Shown here piece after piece: positions 30,448 through 40,539 of a DNA stretch of 64,000 bases. The stretch is from positions 256,001 to 320,000 of the forward strand of contig OZ244048.1 of assembly GCA_965215265.1 (NCBI GenBank). Reading direction: 5' to 3'. Both the position numbers and the translations under genes were made by a program. Positions within the stretch are counted from its first letter, which is position 1; every line of letters begins with the position of its first letter. The notes under the pieces are model-generated. The model saw only the letters and a list, made by a program, of their open reading frames with translations. It made no database searches and was not told where the DNA came from. Origin of the DNA: Candidatus Poribacteria bacterium (lineage in GTDB: Bacteria > Poribacteria > WGA-4E > WGA-3G).

Positions 30448-31338
30448 TCACAGTGCCATGTTAAACTTTGCCCCCGTTACATTGCCTTTCACGTAAGCAT
30501 CGCGGAACAACGTCTGCCGCTTCGGCGGCATACTTTCCAGCAACGCGGCCGGCGGCCTTGACAGACTCCACCGCTTATCAACAGAATTGTACGCATTGAA
30601 AATTGCAACCCGAGCTGTGTCGGGATTTTGCCACGGCTGGCCACTGTGCGTAATCGCCTCTGTAAAGATTATCACAGAACCTGCCGGACAAGAATAGGTA
30701 TCCCAAAATTCCCAGTCTTGCCTACACGCACGATCCGGGGCAGTATAGGCAGCCTTGTGGCTCCCTGTGATGAACAATGTTCCGCCATCCCCTTTTTCAA
30801 CGGGGTTCAGTTCCCACACAACACGCGTCAAACCGCTGTATGCTTGGCCGGGCATGCACCAGTATTCATGGCAGTCCCCCGGCATCCGCAACATGCCGCT
30901 GCCGTTGTGTGCATGGAAGGTGAAAGGCGCTTCGTCTGCTGTGGAACGCAACGCTAAAAAACTCATCTCCATACGAAAACCGTAGCAGCTCTCCGAGGCT
31001 AAATACGGTGATGCTAGAAATTCATTCCCGAACGCCACCACTACCGGATGATCGGTGAGCCCCTCCAAAGGACCGCCGTAGCTAGAACGGTGGTGTTCCG
31101 GAAGAGTTTCGGGCGCATCTTTGAGCTTATAGCAAAACTCACGCATTTCTTCAATCTCTGACTCTGTCAGTACCCCCGGAATTAAGAGCCACCCGTTCTT
31201 ATCAAACAAATATTTCTGCTCTTGCGTTAATGGAACAACCGGTTTACCATCGGCATTAGTTTGTGTCAGTTCCGCCGCCGCCGTTTTTAACGGGGCACCC
31301 AAGTCTTTGTTAAATTTAATACCTATTCTATCTGTCAT
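30448..31338 (-). CDS. PhyH-family Fe(II)/2OG enzyme
   Basis: QKYLFDKNGWL, VWELNPVEKGDGGTLFITGSHK, PAGSVIIFTEAITHS. Confidence 0.88.
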   Translation of the reverse strand: MTDRIGIKFNKDLGAPLKTAAAELTQTNADGKPVVPLTQEQKYLFDKNGWLLIPGVLTESEIEEMREFCYKLKDAPETLPEHHRSSYGGPLEGLTDHPVVVAFGNEFLASPYLASESCYGFRMEMSFLALRSTADEAPFTFHAHNGSGMLRMPGDCHEYWCMPGQAYSGLTRVVWELNPVEKGDGGTLFITGSHKAAYTAPDRACRQDWEFWDTYSCPAGSVIIFTEAITHSGQPWQNPDTARVAIFNAYNSVDKRWSLSRPPAALLESMPPKRQTLFRDAYVKGNVTGAKFNMAL

Positions 31339-31406
31339 GCCTCAGTCCCTTTCTAGTTCGTAGCGGTGTTAAATCTATTTTTCTGAGCATCGGTTAACCT
31401 CTTTTT

Positions 31407-32390
31407 TTACCGAATCTTCTGTCCGGTGAAATAGTCCAGATTCGCCCCTAGTTTCTCAAGGAGTGGCCCGGTCGCCCTATCAAGACTTTCAATCAAAGCA
31501 GCAGACGGCGTATAGTCAATCACCTGCAGGTTTTGCTGTAATTCGGAGATATTTCGCGTGCCAACCAGCATGCACGTAATTCCCTGTTTCGCCATTGTCC
31601 AAGCGATTGCGAGCCGGCTCATAGCGACTTGTTCCTCCTCTGCAATCCGGCGAATGCGATCCAGTGCCTCAAAGAGCTCTACCTCCGCGCCCTCTTCTCC
31701 GTGTGAAGCCTGCGGCCGGTCAGCTCCAAAATGGCGAAACCGAGAATGCGTTGGCGGTATCTCATCTGCATTCTTGTACTGTCCCGTTAAAATCCCCTGC
31801 AACAACGGCATATATCCCAAAATACCGACGCTGCTTTGCTGGCAAAGCGGAAGCAGTTCGACCTCTATTGCACGGGACAACAGATTATAGCAGACTTGAT
31901 TCACAGCAATGGATGCACCGGTATTGAGTGCCTCCGTCAGTTGCCCGACTCCGAAGTTGCTTACACCGATTGCACGGATGAGCCCTTCTTCTTGCAACTT
32001 CGTCAGTTCAGCTAAACTCTCTTCAATATCAAATTCATCATGCGGCCAGTGAATCATATAGATGTCAACATAATCGGTTTCTAACCGCTGCAAACTCCCT
32101 TCACACCGCTCGCGTATACGTGCCGGATCCGGTGTACTAATCTTTGTACCGATGACAGCTTCATGCCGCCGCCCCTTCAGTGCAACGGCGAGCGCCTCTT
32201 CGCTACGTCCGTTGTTGTAGCCCTCCGCTGTATCAAAGAAATTGATACCGGCATCCAATGCCGCATTCACAACAGCAGTGACATCCGACTGGGCCTGCGC
32301 CCCCCAATAATCTCCACCGCCATAGGACCAGCAGCCGATGCCCATCGATGATATTTCAATCCCAGAACGTCCACATGTCCGTTTTTCCAT
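31407..32390 (-). CDS. Aldo/keto reductase
   Basis: GINFFDTAEGYNNGRSEE, SLQRLETDYVDIYMIHWP, IRAIGVSNF. Confidence 0.93.
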   Translation of the reverse strand: MEKRTCGRSGIEISSMGIGCWSYGGGDYWGAQAQSDVTAVVNAALDAGINFFDTAEGYNNGRSEEALAVALKGRRHEAVIGTKISTPDPARIRERCEGSLQRLETDYVDIYMIHWPHDEFDIEESLAELTKLQEEGLIRAIGVSNFGVGQLTEALNTGASIAVNQVCYNLLSRAIEVELLPLCQQSSVGILGYMPLLQGILTGQYKNADEIPPTHSRFRHFGADRPQASHGEEGAEVELFEALDRIRRIAEEEQVAMSRLAIAWTMAKQGITCMLVGTRNISELQQNLQVIDYTPSAALIESLDRATGPLLEKLGANLDYFTGQKIR

Positions 32391-32391
32391 T

Positions 32392-33228
32392 TTACAATTC
32401 CTCGCAAAGTTCGGTAACCAACGCCGCATTTTCTCCAACCTGATCGCCAAATTCCTGATACATACCGAGCAACAGCACATCTACCGGTTTAATCCGTTCT
32501 AAGGTGTACTTAACTTCTTCTCGAATTTGCGCGGAACTTCCGATGACGCGCCCCGCTGCAAGCACCTTAAAAACAAGGCACGGTTTATCCGTTCTCTGTA
32601 TCGCCTTACACATTGCATCTCTATCTTCTCGTGCGTAAATCTCCCCCAATGGGGCGTACCCGAACTTATCCGTAAATTTTTGACTACCACCGTGGAGGTT
32701 ATATAGCCCCGTCATGTAATAGTCTATATCCCACGCCTCATCCTCTGCAATGTGCAGCAGCCTCGGGTCATGCACAGATAATCCTGCCAGCACACCTGTA
32801 TCGCGGATCCGCTTGAGGATATCCTGTAACAGATCCAGTCTATTCTCGCGCAGGCACCTATGCCCAACGCCGCCCCCGTGCGGTGCCATCCCGAACGGCG
32901 CGTGTTTCGCTGCCTCGAACACTAAGTCCGGCTCCTCATACCATGCCGAACCCGGACTCAGACAGAACCAATTCATCGCCCCGCCCTCTGCCCTATACTT
33001 CATCAAATCAGAGAGTGAGCGGGCCGTCAAACTGTTCTGCCACCCGTTAATACCGACCTCCTCTGCACGTTTCAGTGTCGCGACGACCCGCTCCGGTGTA
33101 TGATACGCCTGCTGGTGCTGCGAGAGGAGTTGATTAAAGTGCGAATAACCGTAAATCGGATTATCCCCGATGATCAACTTGCTAATCTGATGCTTACAAA
33201 ACGAAACCTTAGGTAAAACTTGTGCCAT
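32392..33228 (-). CDS. Hypothetical protein, aldo/keto-reductase-like TIM barrel
   Basis: ISKLIIGDNP, KPCLVFKVLAAGR; co-oriented and adjacent to the AKR gene. Confidence 0.6.
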   Translation of the reverse strand: MAQVLPKVSFCKHQISKLIIGDNPIYGYSHFNQLLSQHQQAYHTPERVVATLKRAEEVGINGWQNSLTARSLSDLMKYRAEGGAMNWFCLSPGSAWYEEPDLVFEAAKHAPFGMAPHGGGVGHRCLRENRLDLLQDILKRIRDTGVLAGLSVHDPRLLHIAEDEAWDIDYYMTGLYNLHGGSQKFTDKFGYAPLGEIYAREDRDAMCKAIQRTDKPCLVFKVLAAGRVIGSSAQIREEVKYTLERIKPVDVLLLGMYQEFGDQVGENAALVTELCEEL

Positions 33229-33240
33229 TTTGATTCTCCT

Positions 33241-34314
33241 CTACACAGAAAAAAAACCTTCAACCACAGAGGCATCAATTTCCTCAACCAGATACCGGAT
33301 TAAGTCCAAAGTGGCAACGTAATCATCAATATTGATGATAGAGACATGGCTATGGGCATAGCGCACGGGTACACCGAGAACAATTGAAGGCACACCTGCA
33401 CCCACTTGGTGAATCGCACCGCCGTCCGTACCACCAGAATGGCGGACAGCAATCTGATGCGGAATGTCATACCGCCTCGCTGTTTCAATCACAAATTCTC
33501 CCAACTTTGGATTCACAATGAGTGAAGGGTCATACAACCGAATTTGTACCCCGCCACCCAGCTTCCCCTGGACCTCCTCGCCGTTTAATCCAGGCGTATC
33601 ATCTGCAGGCGGTCCTTCAAGCACAATCGCAACGTCAGGATTCACATGCTGTGCCACCGTCTTAGCACCGCGCAACCCAACTTCTTCCTGCACACTCCCT
33701 GCACCAACAACGGTATTCGGATGCACTTTCAGCCCCAAAAGCGTCTCAATTACCAAGGCAACACCGACGCGATTATCAAACGCTTTTGCAGCGAAAAACT
33801 TGCTATTTTTCAGAGAGAGAAAGGGACCGTAGGGCGCAATCGGGCACCCAGGCAGCACGCCGAATTCTTCCTCTGCCTGTTCTTTATTCTCCGCACCGAT
33901 GTCAATAAAAAGCGATTTCATCTCTACCACTTTGTCACGCGCGCCTGCCTCAAGTAGATGCGGCGGCACGGAACCGATAAACCCAGGCACTTTACCTACC
34001 TTCGTTGAAATCGTGACGCGCTGCGCTAATAGTGTGTGTGCCCACCAAAACCCCAAAGGTAAAAACTTAACGTAACCCGCATCCGTAACCCGCTGCACGA
34101 TAAACCCTACCTCGTCTAAATGCGAATCGAGCAAGATACGTGGGTATTCCGCACTACCAACGCACGTACAAAATATACTCCCGAGCCTATCTGTACCGAG
34201 TGTCCCAGTCCCTATCAATTCCGAGCGAAAAATCGCATGCACCGCTGCTTCGTGTCCGGGGACACCATCCGCCTGCGTCAGTACTTCAAGCAGCTCAACT
34301 GATTTCTGATTCAT
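33241..34314 (-). CDS. M42 family metallo-aminopeptidase
   Basis: SHLDEVG, KAFDNRVG, QEEVGLRGA, GGTDGG, RYAHS. Confidence 0.93.
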   Translation of the reverse strand: MNQKSVELLEVLTQADGVPGHEAAVHAIFRSELIGTGTLGTDRLGSIFCTCVGSAEYPRILLDSHLDEVGFIVQRVTDAGYVKFLPLGFWWAHTLLAQRVTISTKVGKVPGFIGSVPPHLLEAGARDKVVEMKSLFIDIGAENKEQAEEEFGVLPGCPIAPYGPFLSLKNSKFFAAKAFDNRVGVALVIETLLGLKVHPNTVVGAGSVQEEVGLRGAKTVAQHVNPDVAIVLEGPPADDTPGLNGEEVQGKLGGGVQIRLYDPSLIVNPKLGEFVIETARRYDIPHQIAVRHSGGTDGGAIHQVGAGVPSIVLGVPVRYAHSHVSIINIDDYVATLDLIRYLVEEIDASVVEGFFSV

Positions 34315-34512
34315 CCTTGCATTCCTTCCCACAATTGTGCTATAATTATACAACATTATAGCACGGTTCCGATTTTGCAACAATTTTTTTGGCCATTATC
34401 TGTATGGCACCCGGCATCAAAGTGAATATTAATCTAATCACCGCTGTAGTTATGAAACTACGAAAACTTAACGCTGCACTAGATAGCGTCGACGAATCAT
34501 AAAGTCACACCG

Positions 34513-36358
34513 ATGAAAACAGAGAAAATCCAAAGCATTGCCACCACCGCAAATGACGAACGCCTCCTCCAACTCAAGGCCCTCTTCCCTGAATGCGTGT
34601 CCGAAGGCGCATTTGATACCGAGAAACTTAACACTTTACTTAACAATTATCAAGGGGGGGGGGGTAGAGCAGAAACAAACCGATACCGCAGAGAGATATA
34701 ACTTCAATTGGGCAGGTAAGCGCGAAGCCATCCGAATCCTCAGCGCACCTACCCAGGCCACTTTAAAGCCAGCCACACAAGAATCCCTTCACTTTCGCGA
34801 CACCCCTAACCTCTTCATTGAAGGCGACAACCTCGAAGTCCTCAAACTCCTCTATAAACCGTATTTCGGACGCATCAAAGCCATCTACATTGACCCACCC
34901 TACAACACGGGCACAGACTTTGTCTACACCGATAACTACGCTAACCCGTTAGATACCTACCTCCAACTGTCAGGACAGAGCGATGCCGAGGGCAACCTAC
35001 TAACCAGCAATCCGGAGCGCAGCGGTCGTTATCATTCCGCGTGGCTCTCGATGATATATCCGCGCCTCTTTCTGGCGCGTCAGCTGCTAACGGATGACGG
35101 TATCATCTTCGTCAGTATTGATGACCATGAGGTACACAATCTCCGTCTTTTGATGAATGAAATTTTTGGCGAAGAGAATTGCCTGCAACAGCTAGTGTGG
35201 CAGCGGTATGCAAGTGGTAGTAATGATGCTAAATACTTCGCGCTTAATCATGAATATATCCTCACGTACTCGAAGAATCGGATTATGACAGGTCGGTTTA
35301 GATACCCTCTAAGTGAAAAAGAGAGAAAGGCATACAAACAGAGAGACGAACACTATACAGTGCGTGGTCCATATAAAACCGATGCTTTCACGAGAGGTCG
35401 CCCAGACAACCCATCTCCAGGGTTACAATATAAAATTAAATGTCCAGATGGTTCTTTTGTCTTCAATGAATGGAATCGAAAGGAATCACGGTTTCTTGAA
35501 ATGAAAAAGGAAAATAGAATCGTTTTTAGGAAGACGCAAAAAGGGAAATGGCTCGTAGAGTACAAACGTTACCTTAATGAATCTAGCGGTAGAGTTCCAC
35601 GAGGTTTGTTAACTCATGTTGAAAAAAATAGCAATGGCAGAGCACAGTTACGCGAACTTTTAAGTACGGATGGTATCTTCACTAATCCGAAGCCAGTGGG
35701 TTTAATCAAACACCTCCTCCAATTCAGTACGAACAAGGATGCCATTGTTTTAGATTTCTTTGCGGGTTCCTGCACGACGGCACAAGCAGTTATGGAACTC
35801 AATCAAGAAGACGGCGGCAATCGCCAATTCATCATGGTGCAGCTGCCTGAACGCACACCCCAAAAATCTGCCGCACGCAACGCCGGGTTTGAAGACATCG
35901 CACAAATCGGCAAGGAACGCATCCGCCGCGCCTGTCAAAATATGCTCACACCCACAGGCTTCCGCGTCTTCAAACTCGCAGCATCCAACTATCGAGAACA
36001 AGAGACGCTCCAAACCGACGATCCGCAAATCTATATCCAACAGTTGGAGAACACCGTGGAGCCCCTCCGCCCCGGTTGGCAGGAAGAGGATGTGCTCTAT
36101 GAAGTCGCACTCAAAGAGGGATACCCCCTCAACTGCACTTTTGAGCAGGTAGCAGGACTTGAGAGAAACCGTGTCGTTCGGGTTAGCACGCCGGGAGATG
36201 CGCAGTCGTTTCTCATCTGTTTAGATGCCGAACTCACACCTGCGGATATAGTTCGGCTGCCGCTTGAAAAAGAGACGGTGTTTGTCTGCCGAGATGTCGC
36301 GCTAACCGATACGCTTGCCGCCAATCTGGCACTACAATGCAGACTCAAGACAATCTAA
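34513..36358 (+). CDS. mod: Type III R-M methyltransferase (Mod), out of frame at a poly-G tract
   Basis: N-terminus (LKALFPECVSEG) in the frame of 34513; remainder (ERYNFNWAGK, IEGDNLEVLK, IYIDPPYNTG, NPKP, LDFFAGSCTT) in the +1 frame after G11. Confidence 0.92.
34654..34664 (+). repeat. G11 homopolymer (simple-sequence repeat) in the mod 5' region
   Basis: caaGGGGGGGGGGGtagag; G10 or G13 would restore the frame. Confidence 0.9.
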
Positions 36359-36532
36359 CACACGGAATATGGAAAATGTTACACTTTTTGCTATTTTTTT
36401 TCTGCGAAAAATGACGTGTCCAATCGCCTCAAAACGCACACGGTGACTGATTTCTTAGCCGTTCCCACAACGAGCCGGTAATGTTACCAAAAGGTAACGT
36501 TTTACGAGCAGATACGAGAAAGAAGAGGAGAG

Positions 36533-39175
36533 ATGCAGTTTGAATTTGATGCCAATCAAGCTTACCAACGGGAGGCAATAGATGCGGTTATCAAGCTGTT
36601 TGAAGGGCAGCCCCGCGTTGAGGTTAGCCTTCAATTCGGCGGCGACACTCACGCTGCCGTTATACCAAACCGGCTTGACTTAGAACCAGAACAACTGAAC
36701 GCCAATCTTCAGCCGCTCATTGGCGATGCACTTGACGCTAATCTAACAGAATCCATGGAGTTTCCAAACTTCTCTGTAGAGATGGAAACCGGCACCGGGA
36801 AGACTTACATCTACTTACGCACCGCGCTGGAACTCTTTCAACATTACGGCATGCGGAAGTTTATTATTGTCGTGCCATCTGTCGCAATTCGTGAAGGCGT
36901 GGTGAAAACCCTTCAGATGACGGAGGCGCACTTCAAAAACTTATATCAGAACCTACCTTATTGTTACTATGCTTACGATTCTGCGAATCTCTCGCAAGTT
37001 CGGCAATTCGCACTCTCGGGGAGTGTGGAGTTCCTGGTGATGACGCTTGCCTCCTTCAACAAAGCGACTAACATCATTCAGCAACGCACCGACAGGCTGC
37101 AGGGCGACACCCCGATTCACCTCATTCAAGCGGCGCGCCCTATTCTCATCTTAGACGAGCCGCAGCACATGGAAAGCACCCTCAGCCTCAAATCGTTGGC
37201 AAACTTATCTCCGCTCTTCGCATTGCGCTACAGTGCCACACATCGGCACCTCTACAATTGCGTCTATCGCCTCACACCTTATGATGCCTATCGCCAAGGC
37301 TTAGTCAAACGGATAGAGGTAGCAGGTATTGAAGAGCGCGAAAACACAACTCGGGCGTTCATAGAAGTCAAGAGCATTCAGAGTCAGAAAACCCATGTGA
37401 CGGCGAAGCTCGCCGTTCATAAACTGCAGAAGAGCGGCACTGTCAAACGCACAACCCTCACTGTCAAAACAGGAGATGATTTGGGAGCCGTTCGCAAGAC
37501 AAATCTGCCGGAATATCGCGGCTACCGTGTCAATGAGATTGACTTGAGCTGGGAGTCTGTGCGCTTTGATAACGGTATAGAAATCAGAACGGGCGAATCA
37601 CACGGGGCAGATAACTCTGATATTTTTGAGGCGCAAATCCGGTATACAATAGAAGCGCACTTTCGAAAACAAGCGCGGCTCCGAGAACATAACATCAAGG
37701 TGCTATCGCTCTTCTTTATTGATAAGGTGGATAATTATGCCAGCGAAGCCGGTATCATTCGTCAGTTGTTTGAGAAATGTTTCAATGAGTTGAAACAAGC
37801 GGAGAGATTTGTGGCCTGGCGAGCGCTGCGTGCCGCGGATGTGCAAGCCGCCTATTTTGCCCAAAGCAGGAAGGGCGGAAAAGTCGTCTATGAAGATAGC
37901 AAAACCGGAGACGCACAGAAAGATGCCGAGGCGTATCAACTCATCATGAAAGACAAAGAGAGGCTGCTCTCATTTGATGAGCCGACTTGCTTCATCTTTT
38001 CGCACTCCGCACTGCGTGAAGGCTGGGATAGTCCGAACGTGTTTCAAATTTGCACGCTAAACCAGACTGTCTCCGAGATGAAAAAACGGCAGGAAATCGG
38101 GCGTGGTGTTCGGCTTGCGGTGAATCAGGCGGGTAAACGGATTCATGATGAGTCCATCAATGTGCTGAGCGTCATCGCGAACGAGAGTTATACAAGTTAT
38201 ATAGAGCAGCTGCAAAGTGAGGTGCGTGAGGAATTAGGGGATGTGGGGCATTCGTCCACACCGCAGAATGCACGAAAACGGGACACCGCACGCTTAGACA
38301 AAATGAAAGTGCTTACGCCTGAGTTTCAGACGTTGTGGGAACGGATAAAACATAAGACGCGATACCAGGTCGAGATTGAGACGGAGGCATTAGTTGGAGC
38401 CGTTGTCGCCGGCTTAGATGAAACAAAGATTTTAGCGCCTACCCTCAAAATTGGTAAAGGGAGCGTGGTGATTGATGAAGAAACGACGAGGTTTGAGGGG
38501 CGGCACAGTGGGGAGAGTCATTTTACCTATCAGTTATCGGGGCGTTCGGACGTTTTGAGTGACATAGCGCATCGGTTGGAGCATACCACGCCGCCGCTGC
38601 GGTTGACGCGTGCGACGCTGTTAGAAATCCTCAAGCGCACTGAACAGCAACGTGCGGCGATAGACAATCCCCCTGAATTCGTAAAGGTTGTGGTGCGGCT
38701 CATCAGAGAGAAGCTTAGAGAGCAGGTAATTGCGGGGATAAAATATGAGAAGATAGGCGAAGTTTACGAGATGTGCCAATTGGATTGCGAGTTGGAAAGT
38801 TGGGAGAAATATCTGGTGCCGGCGAAGCGTTGCGTCTATGATAAGGTGATATGTGATTCGGAGGTAGAACGCGAGTTTGTTAAGGGTTTAGAAAACCGGG
38901 ATGACATCCGGTGCTACCTCAAACTTCCGGCGTTCTTTACCGTTCCGACACCGATAGGTGCGTATAATCCGGATTGGGCGATAGTGAAAGAGGAGCGTGA
39001 CGCGCATGGTGAATCGATGGGTGAGACGCTGTACTTAGTGCGAGAGACGAAAGGCACAACGGATGTAGGGGAGCTTAGGCGGGGTGAGAGCGATAAAATC
39101 CGATGCGGCGAACGGCATTTCCGGGAAGCCCTGAACGTGGATTACCAAGTTGTCACCGCTGCGGAGGAGGTCTAA
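36533..39175 (+). CDS. res: Type III R-M restriction subunit (Res)
   Basis: NFSVEMETGTGKTY, ILDEP, LRYSATH, SALREGWD, QEIGRGVRL, PD-(D/E)XK motif YNPDWA…VRETKG. Confidence 0.95.
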   Translation: MQFEFDANQAYQREAIDAVIKLFEGQPRVEVSLQFGGDTHAAVIPNRLDLEPEQLNANLQPLIGDALDANLTESMEFPNFSVEMETGTGKTYIYLRTALELFQHYGMRKFIIVVPSVAIREGVVKTLQMTEAHFKNLYQNLPYCYYAYDSANLSQVRQFALSGSVEFLVMTLASFNKATNIIQQRTDRLQGDTPIHLIQAARPILILDEPQHMESTLSLKSLANLSPLFALRYSATHRHLYNCVYRLTPYDAYRQGLVKRIEVAGIEERENTTRAFIEVKSIQSQKTHVTAKLAVHKLQKSGTVKRTTLTVKTGDDLGAVRKTNLPEYRGYRVNEIDLSWESVRFDNGIEIRTGESHGADNSDIFEAQIRYTIEAHFRKQARLREHNIKVLSLFFIDKVDNYASEAGIIRQLFEKCFNELKQAERFVAWRALRAADVQAAYFAQSRKGGKVVYEDSKTGDAQKDAEAYQLIMKDKERLLSFDEPTCFIFSHSALREGWDSPNVFQICTLNQTVSEMKKRQEIGRGVRLAVNQAGKRIHDESINVLSVIANESYTSYIEQLQSEVREELGDVGHSSTPQNARKRDTARLDKMKVLTPEFQTLWERIKHKTRYQVEIETEALVGAVVAGLDETKILAPTLKIGKGSVVIDEETTRFEGRHSGESHFTYQLSGRSDVLSDIAHRLEHTTPPLRLTRATLLEILKRTEQQRAAIDNPPEFVKVVVRLIREKLREQVIAGIKYEKIGEVYEMCQLDCELESWEKYLVPAKRCVYDKVICDSEVEREFVKGLENRDDIRCYLKLPAFFTVPTPIGAYNPDWAIVKEERDAHGESMGETLYLVRETKGTTDVGELRRGESDKIRCGERHFREALNVDYQVVTAAEEV

Positions 39176-39598
39176 TCGGGGCCATCTGCTGGGCTAAATT
39201 GGGATGATAACTTCCTGACAAAAGGCATCTGCATCAAGTTACACTGAGTTTCTATGACTCCTAATGAAAACAACCTGTCAATACCTTGGAATCCTCATCG
39301 CGGGAATACTCCTATTTTTTCTGATGAAACCCTTCGTGCAAACACACAAATACCTAGAGGACATCTCCCTTCAGATTGTACTTTTTAAGAGGTTATGCAT
39401 ATAACTTTACGCAAGTATACCTAACAGAAGAAAATGATATGGACGATTCTTCGATTCCCTGAAGTTCATGTCAGATTATGCCCGTTTTTTGACAAAAAAA
39501 GTGGCTTTAAGATAGAATAGAAACGGTGGCTGCTCCGGCACTGAAAACTGAGATTTACAACGAAACTCACAGACTTATCTACGAAAAGGAGAGAAAAA

Positions 39599-40447
39599 AT
39601 GAGATACCGACAAATCCTTACCTGTCTCTTTTTGCTCGCTTTTATGCCGCTGAGTGCCAAAGCACTCCCGCCTCCGTCACCGGCTGGGGGAAACTATTTA
39701 GCCCTGGATGGGGTTGATGACTACGCCGTTTTAGATTTTGAAGCGTTCGGGCTGCTGTTACCGGAAGGGACAAACGAATTCACCATCGACGCATGGATAT
39801 ATCCTACCACACCGCCCGACCAGGACACAGCGGGAATAATATTCCATCAACAGGCGCGGACGCTCATTGTGAACGATGAATATCAACCGTGGCTAAATAA
39901 TCTAGCTAATGGGCTAAATATCAAGCCTCCGCAGGAGGACTTTATCTTGCTAATGAGTGCCTATATTGAGGGAAAATCTAGTCAGAGACGACTCCTTTTC
40001 CCGGTTCCGCTGGAGCCGAACCAATGGCACCACATCGCTTATCAGTCTAATGGACTTCAGACAACAATGATTGTCAATGATTTCGTAAAGACAATACAAC
40101 AAAATTTCCCTCTCGGACACGCTGCTTGGTTTCCGATTAAGGATTTTGTGCTTGGAGGGTTTGGAAAAAGAATTCGGATACCTGTTAAGGAAGTAAGGTT
40201 TTCTGATTTATTTGGGGGATATATTGATGAGGTCCGCATTCCTTACTTGTATCGGAAGTCGTATGGCAACTCGAACAGGATCTGGAGATGCTCCAAGAAC
40301 TCAAACAATATGCCCTGGAATCCGGAGAGGAAATTCTCTATAGAAGTCAAGTTCGCATTGAAGGTGGATACTAACAAAACGAGTTTTTGCGATTTTCAGT
40401 TTGGTAGCTTGCATAGCAGGCATCGGTCTTTATCTGAACCGCAGTGA
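39599..40447 (+). pseudogene. Secreted LamG-like protein, C-terminally truncated or chimeric
   Basis: Signal peptide; YLALDGVDDYA, FTIDAWIYP, QWHHIAY, FGGYIDEVRI; homology breaks near 40240. Confidence 0.6.
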
Positions 40448-40539
40448 TTCTGCTACGTCAAAAAAGGTGCATGCTGCAATAGATAACAAAAATCACAATA
40501 TCGAAAATCCTACCCCACGTCCGAAAAACGAGTCGAAGC

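Noticed and set aside
34538-34653. 606-aa ORF start at 34538 as the true mod start
   Set aside because: The N-terminus upstream of the G tract is not Mod-like; the homologous N-terminus is in the 34513 frame
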